A stretch of 63,643 bases of DNA, filler included, from Collodictyon triciliatum (taxonomy: Eukaryota), in assembly GCA_043381765.1 (NCBI GenBank). It is 5 parts of 5 records of this genome, joined end to end, with 100 filler letters (N's around TTAATTAATTAA, not from the genome) between each part and the next. Parts side by side here need not be neighbours in the genome. Positions count along the whole stretch, not along the records: positions 27,943 to 41,848 come from JBHJMP010001899.1; positions 41,949 to 55,848 come from JBHJMP010001900.1; 3 more parts are not named here. The stretch is one strand, 5' to 3'. Both the position numbers and the translations under genes were made by a program. This document shows positions 38,899 to 51,200 of this stretch, piece after piece. The first letter of the stretch is position 1. Every line of letters starts with the position of its first letter. Under the pieces are notes generated by a model. That model did not search any database. It was given only the letters and a program-made list of their open reading frames with translations, and was not told the origin of the DNA.

Positions 38899-41330
38899 TC
38901 AAACCGAGTTTTGCTTTCTGGCCATCTCCATCCTTTGGGTTGTAAGGTCTGAACCAGATACGACAGATTGGAATAAATGCTTCCTATAATTAAATGTCAT
39001 TGAATCCCTTTTCAGATACATAGAGGAACTCAAGTTGAATTACCGAAATCATAATCTATTAATTTCTAATACCATCCATTTGTCTTTAAAGTATTTTGCT
39101 TATATTTGTCTACATATACTTTCGATATTGCCTCCTTTTCTTTCTTTCTTTTTTCCACTCTCTTATAACTTAACATCATATAATATTCAATTATTTACTA
39201 AATATACATTTACATACTCATAGACTGGTCCAAATCTGACGGTGTATATTCACTAAAATTGATTTGTGAATGGGCATAAAGTGCGCTCGTTGTCGACTCT
39301 TTCTATACATTTCCCCCCATTTTACCACTAGTTAAAAGGACTGAAGCGTGGTACTTGATTCATTTTTTTTTTAATAGAAGCAAATAGTTTACTAATATGA
39401 ATAAAGATGTTACATCAATTTCTTTCCAATCTTCTTCACCTTGGCTCCTTGGCTTCTCATGTTCAACAACTTGATTTAAAGTAACATTTTAGGAGAAAAA
39501 AAAAGCCTACAACCAACATTTCCCAGAGTAGGGTGATGTATATATGCAGACAATTAATGTTTTCTTTCGTAAAAAAAAAGAAGAGAATTCTCATCCAAAA
39601 AATCATGATATCGCTTTATGTCTCTGAAAGAGAAGGGCAGAAAAAGAAAAAGACCCGCATTTTGAATTGATTTTTCATATGTTTTTTTTTTTATATATAC
39701 AGAGATAACCTTCTTGGGTCAAATACGATGGAGGTCTGGAGATAAATCTGAGTGGATTAATTTTATCCGAATAAGTATGTTACCAATAGATGAAGTTTCA
39801 AAAGTAATAAAGAAAAAACTTAAGTTCCATACAAACCCATAAGGTAGTTTATGTCTCAACACAATTCCGTTTCCAGGGACAATATCTATATGAATAATTA
39901 GCAGAAAGATTACTATACTAATCCTCATAATCAATACATATCCCAATGAACTAATTTGATTTACCCATATCCGAGACACAAGGGATATTGATTACCGTCT
40001 GAACACCTACCCTCCGCAATAGCAATTATACATATAAATAAAATATGACATGAACGTAAATATCTACCCATGGGATAAACAACAAAATCTCATGTTACAG
40101 TCGACATCTTTGTTTTCATATGCTATTATTCTCACTTTTTGAATTCTTTTTGTGCGGTTGATTGCCGGAGTTTCCATTTGCAGCTATTATCAAAAACTTA
40201 TTTATAACATTACCATTGTATATTATTACAACTTGATTTGTTTTTCTAGATTGCAGAACGAAGAAAATGAAACCAAAAAAAAACAAAAACAAAAAACAAC
40301 TACAATAACTAAAATATAAAACAAATTAGCTATTTCATAATCATGTAGAGTATAAAGCCTTTTATGAGGACGATTTCTCTGTGAACGTGAGTATTCATTA
40401 CATTTCTCATTTTTCGATTGCGATGAAGATTTTTGTGTCTTCTTTGGGATCCCTGGTGAACCGCACAAATAAAAAAAAAAGGAAAAAAAGGGGGAAAATA
40501 TATATAAGTTAGCCATGAAATTTTTACCGCATAAATGGTTTGCCTACCAGAAGCCAACATGGAAATGCCGGGTGCGTTGCTCTGTTCCACTTCGTCCATG
40601 GCTCTTTGTGCTATATTTTGGATTTGATTATCACCTATTCACGATTTAGTTTGGCATTCCTCTCTGATAAACAGGCATATTTCAGTCACGCGTGTTAATA
40701 AAAAAAAATCGGTGGGGTACTGATTGTCTGATTGTCACATAATTAATATAAATTTTCAACCAACTTTTCGCTTGGTGGGGTGAATCGTCGACCACCGGTT
40801 TCATCTCAGAAACCTGTTGTGATGTCCTCTTTTTCCTTGTTGAATATCATACATCCCATTGATTAGAATTTTATTATGCCAAAATTTTGTACAAATCATC
40901 TAGAAAAGGCATTTTTAAATCAATCAATCAACAATGAGTGAAGTATCAAAAAAAAAAGTGAGTTAAATAAGTGAAATAGGATTAGTAAATGAAATGTTAT
41001 ATATCAGTCACTGCTCCGTATGTTTTAGACAGACTACTTCTTTCAAGGAGAGGAATATTTTATTCTTCTGGGGTTAGCTTAGACTTACGAGTTCTGTGGT
41101 GTTTGTTGTTGCATTTCACTCCCGAAACTGCCTGCAAGTGGCGAATATCAGAAGGGGCATTTTCAGTATCGTATTATCTAGCCTTTTTAAACACTCTGAT
41201 ATACAGCTGGAGTCCAGCGACCAAGCAAACACAAAGTAAATTGAACATCAATTCATCAATACAGAAATTATTGACAAGGTTTACCTGACTCCATTCTGGC
41301 CAGGTTTCTTCTTCAAGCGCGCACCCAGGA
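38899..41330 (-). CDS. Hypothetical multi-exon gene, product unknown
   Basis: Series of short AG/GT-bounded, less AT-rich segments on the minus strand (MDEVEQSNAPGISMLASG; SPGIPKKTQKSSSQSKNEK...; KHLFQSVVSGSDLTTQRMEMARKQNSV*); no recognisable domain. Confidence 0.35.
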
Positions 41331-41414
41331 AGAAGAAAAAACGACCAAATTTAATGCAGTTATAATGGTTTTTGTTTGGAAGGAGGCTCAAAGACTGATC
41401 CATGAAAAACTTTT

Positions 41415-41848
41415 AAAAAGAGTGAAAAGAGTGAAAAGAAGAGTGAAAAAAAAAAAGAGTGAAAAAATGAAAAGAGTGAAAAGAGTGAAAAGAGTGAAAA
41501 GAGTGAAAAGAGTGAAAAGAGTGAAAAGAGTGAAAAGAAGAAAGAAAAAAAAAAAGAGTGAAAAAATGAAAAGAGTGAAAAGAGTGAAAAGAGTGAAAAG
41601 AGTGAAAAGAGTGAAAAGAGTGAAAAGAGTGAAAAGAGTGAAAAGAGTGAAAAGAGTGAAAAGAATGAACAGAGTGAAAAGAGTGAAAAGAGTGAAAAGA
41701 GTGAAAAGAGTGAAAAGAGTGAAAAGAGTGAAAAGAGTGAAAAGGGTGAAAAAAATGAAAAGAGTGAAAAGGGTGAAAAAAATGAAAAAAATGAAAAGAG
41801 TGAAAAGAATGAAAAGAGTGAAAAAAAGAAAAGAATGAAAGGAAGAGT
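41415..41848. repeat. (AAAAGAGTG)n 9-bp minisatellite with variants, at contig end
   Basis: Directly visible. Confidence 0.93.
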
Positions 41849-41948
41849 NNNNNNNNNNNNNNNNNNNNNNNNNNNNNNNNNNNNNNNNNNNNTTAATTAA
41901 TTAANNNNNNNNNNNNNNNNNNNNNNNNNNNNNNNNNNNNNNNNNNNN
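41849..41948. other. Artificial contig-joining linker
   Basis: N44-TTAATTAATTAA-N44. Confidence 0.98.
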
Positions 41949-42198
41949 TTTTTTTAATTATTTTTAATTTTTTTAATTTTTTTAATTTTTTTAATTTTTT
42001 TAATTTTTTTAATTTTTTTAATTATTTTTAATTATTTTTAATTATTTTTAATTATTTTTAATTATTTTTATTTTTAATTATTTTTAATTATTTTTAATTA
42101 TTTTTTAATTATTTTTTAATTATTTTTAATTATTTTTGATTATTTTTGATTATTTTTGATTATTTTTGATTATTTTTGATTATTTTTGATTTTTTTTT
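41949..42198. repeat. Degenerate (TTATTTTTAA/GA)n AT satellite at contig start
   Basis: Directly visible. Confidence 0.9.
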
Positions 42199-42285
42199 GG
42201 CTGATAACCAGCTCTCATGGTCAGTTATTTCGGTTTTGCAAACTGGCAAGCAACACTTTGTGATGGAATGAATTCCTTTAATCAC

Positions 42286-45200
42286 CAATATATTTGCTGG
42301 CTTCAAGTCACGATGGAGAATAACAGGGTCAAGTGAATGAAGGTAAGCCATGCCTTCGATGATTCCTGTGACAATCCTCTGTCTGTGTGTCAAAAGTATT
42401 CATCAGCACTGGATTACAGAATATGTCAGAAGGAGAGTAAATACTTTTCTTTCATCCTCAATTCAGTATTTGGGTCTTGTAGAACGTGATGTAAACTCCC
42501 AGGCTCTACTAACTCCATAACAATCGCCAACTTGTGTAATTCGCGGCATGCCCCAACAAATTCGACAATATTTTTATGCCTCACTTTTCTATATCAGCAT
42601 GGATATTAATAAATTAGAATCAGAATCAGAGTTAGAGTCAGAATGATGATTTATATTAACCTGAATATCATCACTTCGCATATGAACAGTATGTAACTTT
42701 CGTCGGGTGTGATTTTGTCGTGTTGAATAAATTTTTTGACAGCAACTCTTTTTCCCTGTGATAGTTTATCAATCAACGCAAATGATATATAAAAAGGATG
42801 ACTTGTTAGACTATAAAATTTGATTTTTGAAAAAGAAAAAAAACCTGTTGACTTTAATCCCCACATTTTTCAAAAAAAAATCTAGATGAAAATAATAATG
42901 GAATTGATAGTCCTACTTGCCTTGTAATTCCCAATAAAAACAGACCCGAATGCACCTCTATCGATACCATTGGGTTCTAAACTGATGTCTTCTATGTCGA
43001 TTTCCCAATCCTTCTTATGTCTAGGAATCTGGACATCATCGCTTGAATTGCTAGTGACTTTTTGTTTAAATTCATAGTCATGAATTCCTTCGGTGCCACC
43101 CGAGTACGAATTCTTATCTGGTAAAGTAAAGATAGATATATCTTGTCCATTTCCGGGAGATACCCTTTCAAACTAAATCGATATTCGTTCATTAAACAGT
43201 CATAAATATAATTAAAATGTCGATTTTTTAGTCTGAATCTTGTATTGAGAGGCTAATAAATAAATAAAAAAAAATACTTCATTATTTCTATCTTCTGTGC
43301 CGGATATTTGTTTTAAAAACACAGCTCGTTTGCTGAATTCCTTTGGAAATGCCTTGGAAAGAAATTGTTAAGGAAAAATTATCTTCAGGGCATAAAGTTG
43401 TCAATATAAAAAAAACCTGATAAACCCTAGCATAACTACTTTCTTCTGTAAATGGCATTTCTTCTAAATAGCATAATCCTTCCATTTTCTTGAATTTGTG
43501 ACCAAGCTCCTGAAAATCATGACTATTCAATTTTTTGGAAAAACTTTACCTTTTCGAATATCTATGCATACCTCATATATCGTATCCGATAACAAAATCT
43601 GCCCTCCATAGCATATTTGACAGAGTTTTATTGCTCTCGATATAACCTGTCATTATTATCTTTATTTACGAGCATATTTTTATTTTTTACAGCAATCGAA
43701 GTAATATTCTCATTTTAACCTTCCCATAATAGCGTGGTTTTGTTTCATGGTTATCCTGCTTCATAGAACACAGACCAAATTGTATGGACTATTTGATAAT
43801 AATTTAATTTTAAGAATTCGTTATGGACCTTGCTATTTAATGTACTAAGAAAAGCAATCATTTCATACCATTTGAACCCTTAACCCATTTAAATTCCCTT
43901 CATCAATAGGTTTTCCTTTTTCATGACACAATATTTTCTTCGGCCAATCAGCATGAAAAAGTGCTCTCTGAGAATCGATGCAAAATCTATCAAAAATATA
44001 TATCATATAAATGCACAGCAATACATCTTGTACTTGAATAATCATTCATTTACTTGATGGCATCTACAGAATCCTCGAAAAGGACAATGTAATTTTCTCC
44101 ATCAAATTGGCTGACATAACCTCTATAATTTGAAATAATCTAAACGACGTTTTAGTTGATGGATCTCTTCATGTCCAGCAGCTTCTACCTGAGGTTATAT
44201 AATTGTGCTGAACTTGAAAATAAAGCATACCTTTCGTAAGATTTCATTTTGCTTCACCACAGCATCTGCCATGGCATCCGGAATATCATCCCAGAGCAAC
44301 TCTGACCCGTTTATCCTGGTGCAAACTATATACAGGTTTCCCTGGGGCGGGAGCTGCTCTTCACTCTCAAACTCCTTCAGTAAATGTAAAAAGAAACAGC
44401 TCTAAGATGGCCGGCTAATTTTGGACAGAGTGGCAAAAAAAATTCTTACCATGAACGATTTTCCATCGTACGAATCAGTTTTAGCGATTAATACCTGTTT
44501 TTTTAAACATTAATTAATTAGAAATATATGAGTAATTTTCAAAATACTAGATATTACATTGAGCAATCTAGTTGCCTCCTGGAAAGAAGGTCGATTATCA
44601 GGATTTTGGTCCCATAGCTTTGCGATAAATTCTTTCATTTCGTTGGGAATTTCTTCCGGAATATTTGGTCTCAGCTGTTCTCTTACTACCCGATAATTAA
44701 TCGACGAGATGGCCTCAATGTCAAAGTAAGGATTTTTCCTTGAAATAATTTCCCAAGCAATTATACCAAAGCTGTATACATCCGATTTTGCTGTGTATTC
44801 ATGGCCACCGATAACTTCAGGTGCTAGCCATAATAAACTCCCCATTTGTTCCTCTGTACCAGACCCTTGTATTTTTGTTAGCCCAAAATCACTATTGCAA
44901 AAAAAAAAAAAATTAAAAAATCTTTTAAGATATAAAGAAAAAATGCTGCTGGGTTGTACACGACAATAATCCTTCATAATCAATCATACTTACCTGACTT
45001 TGAGGCGATACCGACTGTCAACCTTTTCATTTAATTTTTTTAAAAAAACTGATTTGAAATTGAAATAATATTCATTGTATCAATTAATACCAGAATGTTG
45101 AGGCTTTTCAAATCTCGATGGATAACTTGCGGATTGGACATATGAAGATACTGCATTCCTGTTTGTTTGTTTTTTTGAAAAATAGTTATGTCAAAATCGA

Positions 45201-48200
45201 AATTGAAGCTAAAATCGTGATTCTATGTGATATTAAGAGAAAAGGTATTACCTTTTGAAATATCCAACATAAACTGAAGCTTTTGTACATAGCTTATCGA
45301 TTTATTTTGGTGAAGAACGTCGTAGAGGCTTCCGTTTTGCATATACTCACATACAAGGCAAGGATTTTCAGAGTCGAAGCAGGCGCCCATATATAAAACG
45401 ATGTTTGGATGGCGGAGCTCACTGAAGAAAGTACTGTTTTGGTTAGAATCTAGTTGAAACTGATAATTATGTTGTCCTTCCAAGAGACATTTTTCTAAGA
45501 AAAAAAACGTACACCATAATAGAAATCTCTCTTTTGAAGGACTCAATCTGCTCTTTGTTTATCTTATTTTGTTTGAGCACTTTGATAGCAACCTCAGTCC
45601 CGCGCCATTCACCGCTAAAAACCTTGTATCATTTTCAGTAAAAAGAGTCATATTAATTGAATTTTTGATTTCGAATTATGTGTATCTCCTTACCTCGCCA
45701 AAGCTTCCGCTCCCAAGTAATCGACCAAAAACAATTTCGTCTGATTGTATGAATCCGTATAGTTTCTTTTCGGCGCCTTTCATGTTATCATTCATTTTCT
45801 TTCGGTATAGATATGCCATCATCACTGCGATTATGATGACTATTCCTGCTCCTATAGACCCTCCAATTATTCCGTACATGCTGATTGCAGATGATTGAAT
45901 ATCTTGGGGTGATATAATACTCTTAGTTATTTCCCTTGAATAAAATTTCGAATTATTAAACAAGGTTGTTCATTAATTTACCTCTTTCACATCCGTCCTA
46001 ATAACCGGCGATAATTTTAGAAGTATTAATGCTTCTTTTAGAGAGCTATTCAGGGTTGAAAAATTATGCAGTAAAATGAGATATCACCTTTTCAAGTACA
46101 TAGCCTTCATTGCAAACACATTCCAGGCGATGGATATCCATGTGTGAGTTTACAGGACATGCTTTTGAATCATATTGATTAAGAGAAATTAAAATAATTG
46201 TTACTTTAGTTGAATGTGATTTTAAATAAATATTTTCCTATTGATAAAAAATTATTTTAATATCAACCAGCATGAGTTATAGTAAATCCTTCGCATCCAT
46301 CGCAAGGTCTATCTGTAATACTATCATCATTTTTTGAGCTTATGAAATGAATTTTGAATCCATTTTTGGACTCGAATAGTATTTTATCATCGATGTATTT
46401 TCCCGTTACAAGGTCTGAAACTTCAGAGATATTCTTATCCTTAAGATTATAAATAAGCAACCTGATGTTTATGAATTTTTTAAATTTCTTTTTAATAATC
46501 ATTCAAAAACTTCGATAAATTTTAGTATAAATGTATTTCTTACTTGTCTCTTTCCTGAATTCTTTTTTCAACGATGATATGAGTAGCATGTGGAAGAATC
46601 CAGGTACAGTTTGTGTTTTCTAGATACATGGCCTCGCCGCTTCCATCGTCAAAAACCGAGCTTGTTAAGGTGCTACTAATGACTTTCCCAGAATATGAAC
46701 AGAAGCCTGTTTGAAATCATTCGAGTTACGATTTTTTCATCCTATTTTGTAAGAATACATAATAATTTCTTTAAGTTCAGTTGAACCTGGCTTGTAAGCT
46801 GAGACTTGGTTTGTAATCGAAAACCCGTTCGTTCCTCCAAAACCAACAATCACTCCTCCGATTGATATGCTGCTCCCTTTGTATAAATCCTGTTGCACAT
46901 ACGAATTGCCAGAGAATAAAAGACTTCCAGCTCGTTTGAAATCTAAATGGATTTAATAGAAGTGTAAGTTATTTGGTAAACGATATTTTTTTATTATTGA
47001 AAAGTACCGTGCTGAATCATAATTGCCGCCCTCATTCCGTTGTATAGATTTGTTCCATCAATAACAGAAGATGTTCCATATTCTCCACACTTGACGTTTG
47101 ATATTTGGTAATCCATCGTGGATTTAAATTTTTGCTCGCTCCAAGTTTGGTTTCCTTAAAATCGATTTTAATTATAAAAACTTGCCTCGTGTCTGTCCTA
47201 TTCATGCTTTCATTCTTTTTCGTACCTGTGCTATACACCCACGCATCATTGAGCATGTTTCCTGAGAAGTCTTTACCCCCGTACATCAAAAAGCTGTCGT
47301 TATCGATGACACACATGGCATGGTGCATTCTTTTTGCCTATATAATTTCGCCACATATTTATATTTCCTGCTCACATAAGGACATAATTTACCTACTTAC
47401 CGGTATATTGCCTGTAATATTCGCCGAATTGGAAATATTTTGATTGAAGTCAATAACAAGTGTTGCTGAATAGAATTCAGCTTTCTTCGTTCCTGATACA
47501 ATCTATTGTTTTCGGATTTATTATTTTGAATTTATTTTTGTAATGAATGAAAAATTAGTTGATGCAAAAATAAAATCACACATACAAAAGAGTTGGTGAT
47601 ATCCTACCTTTCCTCCCCACATCCAAATTTTGTCATTTATTCTAACAGACCCTATTCCGATGCGACCTTGAGGTCTCTGATATGTTGAAAATCCATTCGA
47701 ATATTGTATGATGTTCCATGTCTTGGAATCTGAATAATAGTTACCACGTTTCGTTAAATATTGGCAAGAATAGCTTGATTCTTACCATTTAACGTAATAA
47801 TGTTTATGTACTAGTATTTTGATGAATGATTATTCACCTTTGTTGAATGACCAAATTTTGTCGTCAAGCTCACTATTTTCTGTTCTTCCTCCGTATATGT
47901 ACACAGCACCCGATGTTGATGTCATGATAGCGCGAGCTCTTGGTGGTGGACCCATATCTGAAGACCCAAAAAAAAGACATCTCCATTCTCTGCTACCTAA
48001 ATTTCAACTGGTGAATTGCAATATTCACCCATTATGTTTTCTTATGTAAATATTTATAAGCAAAATAAAAACAGAGTTACCAATATCAAACAACCACAAG
48101 TCGTTCAATAGCACTTCTTCTATATAGTCTGTTGACCCTCCAAATATGAAAAACGAGGTTTCAGAGTCCTTGGTGATTCCGGAATCGATTCTGTGTATTG

Positions 48201-51200
48201 GCGACCTCGATATGGATGTTTCTGACCATGCCCGAAGCTCTGAAGTATTTGATAAAAATGAATATCATTTACAAAATTTAGTGTTTTTATTCTTTCTTTT
48301 TTTTGATAAAATAATCTTTTTTCTTTTTTTTTTACTTGTATCCCAAGTCCAGACATCGTTTGTGACAAGATTGCCTTTATTTGCGCCTCCAATCATCACC
48401 AGTGAAAAATCTTTTGTTACACTGATGGCACCATATTTGGGTGGCGGATAGCTCAGTGGGAGTGCGGGGTTGGCGAGCCCGTAATTTTCACGATAAATGA
48501 CTTCCGATGAATCTTGAAAAAAATGAAAAATTATTGTAAAAATATATTTTAATAAATAATCATCAGAAAATGATCTTTTTTTTTTAAGAATCTTCACCGG
48601 TATTTATGATGTCCATGTCTGACAGCACTTCTCCTTCCTTAATCCCTCCAAATATGTGTAAATTTCCGTCAAACAGACCATATGCGTGATTCTTTCTGGA
48701 AAAATTACACAACCCACTCTCTTCATCACAGGATATACACTTCTGCAAAGTAACTGTGCCATCCCTCATTATCTCAAGTGAACCTACGAAAAATTATAAT
48801 TATATAAAATAATCAAGTTTAATATTTTATCTTCGTCATTAAAGCCTGAACCAAATATTAAGCAATATATATATATATATATATATATTACCCAACTCAA
48901 TAATCAAGATGTGGCTGTTTTCACCGCGCTCGGTGCTCCCTCCAAACAATATCAATCTGTTATTCGAAGCCACTATGGAGCCAAAGCCCAGTCTTGGTAA
49001 AGCTTTGATTGTTTTTAGTTCTATCCACAAATTCATTCCTACGCGCGGTTGGATTTATATTGTTTATACCCAATATTAATACAGCGCTGAACTAATTTGA
49101 ATAATTAATACAAAATTGTTGTTGAAAACCTGGTTCATATCTATACAGTGAGTTCTGCAAATCTCCTGCTCCCTATAAATATGATATGGTTCAGAATATA
49201 AATCAATTTTTTGTAAACTTTATTTCAAAATTAATAGTAAATCTTACATCACTCCCACCAAAAACAAATACATGTTCATCTTTTCTTGCGCACATAGCTC
49301 CCACTAGTTCAACTGATATGTCAGCTCCTCTTTTCCATCGACTTTCTGAAGGATAGAATGCGTATATATGCGTATCTTTTTCGTTAGTCTGCCCTCCAAT
49401 GACAATCCCGTAGTCTTCCATTCCAATAAGACAAAACTGAGTTCGACTTGACGGTATATCTCCAACCATCTCCATTATATTCCAGACTGATTCGACTATT
49501 ACATAATTTTCTGTTAGTATATCAGTAAACTATTGAATGATTTTTGTAAGCTGCAGCGTTGAATAAATGTATTGCCAACCTGGTTTATCCGTTGTATATA
49601 TAATATTCATCGGATAATATCTTGTGTAGTCTTTCACGTCTGCAGAGCTGCTACCGCCAACGACGTATATTTTTGACCCTATAACACACCCAGCTCCATG
49701 AATTGTCGGTGGAAGGTCAAAGGTCAGTGCAACAGACTCAGTTTGCCCTAAGCTTCTTACATCTAAAGTTTAAGACATAATATAAAGTGACAATCAGATA
49801 AAATATAAGCCCACGTTTTACACCCATGATAACAGATGAATCACTGAGAAATTATCTTACACACCCTTTATCTCTGTTTTGTACTCTTTATTTTGAGGTG
49901 TACAATATCCCTTTGAGCATATTTTGATGGTATGGAGATTTAGTTGATGAAAAACGTGTCTTGCATAATAACAAAAACTGATGTGGTTTGTTTTCTAATT
50001 ATCAAAGGCATTTATGTAAAAAACCTGATTCTGAAGCGGTTGGTATGAGCCCTCTGGGCAAGCAATACAGTCTCCCCGAAAATTAATGTAACGGTCTTCT
50101 TCACATAAACAGCCATTTTCGTCTGCAACAAATCCTTTGCTGCATGCTATTCAGGATATGAAAATTGGATGATAATCTACATGATAATACAAATGCAAAT
50201 CGAAATGAAAATATCGTGTTTGCTCTATATTACAGAAAAGCTTCATTTCGAATCCTTGTGCCGGGTTTGCAGCCGCAGAAACATCGAATCGCAGAATCGA
50301 GGTGGACGATGGAATATATATAACTGTTCCTTTGTCGTATGAGCCCAATCCAAGCTATTATTGACCAAATAACAAGTAAATATTCCATATTAGACAGATT
50401 TTTGGGATTTTTGGAACGATGCTTTTTTGGTTTCTTTTCATAAATTTTGGGACTATTCTTGTTTATTATGCCATTTAATACCATTTTTGAATGTATGTCG
50501 TAGACAATCAAATCATCATCACAATCTGAACTCGCTCCGAGAGTCAAATTTGCACCAAAACCAATGTCCATATTTTGAATCTAATTGATAATTTTTCAAT
50601 AAGGTATATTAAAAGTAATACATAACAATTTGTGTGGGTTTTGATAGTAATATTACCACAATAAAGTTCGTTTTGAGTATATTCCAAATGCACTTCGTTC
50701 CTGGATAATAAGAAAATCCTCCGCTTCCATCGCTGATAGTACCAACTTTGCTGTTTACAGTGTACTCACCTTCACACCATATTTTACCTAAAGATATGAA
50801 ATATTCAACACTTTTATAACCTACTGAGTTTGGTAATAACTTCACCTTTATGGCTTAGAGCTTCATGATAAAATATATTCTGTGTCTATACTTGTGTCAA
50901 GTCGATAGACCGAGCTGGTGACGGCTGATACAGTGTTAATTATTCCCCCGAAAAGGTATATCGAACCATTGTGAATGACTGAAGATGATTTAATGAGTCC
51001 TGGTGGCTTTCTTGATTGAATCGTATTTGTCCATGTATTGGCTTCAACTAATGAGATATGAATAAAAAGAATCAAAATTCATGTCCAAGAATTAAATGCA
51101 GCTTTTTTTACAAATAATAGAAGCTTACCATCGAATACAAACAGTTCATTATTTATGGTATCATCACCATCTATTCCACCAAAAACGTGCAAACTCGAGT

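Noticed and set aside
41365-41838. 157-aa basic (RVK)n histone/protamine-like ORF
   Set aside because: Explained by a stop-free 9-bp satellite; no independent coding evidence
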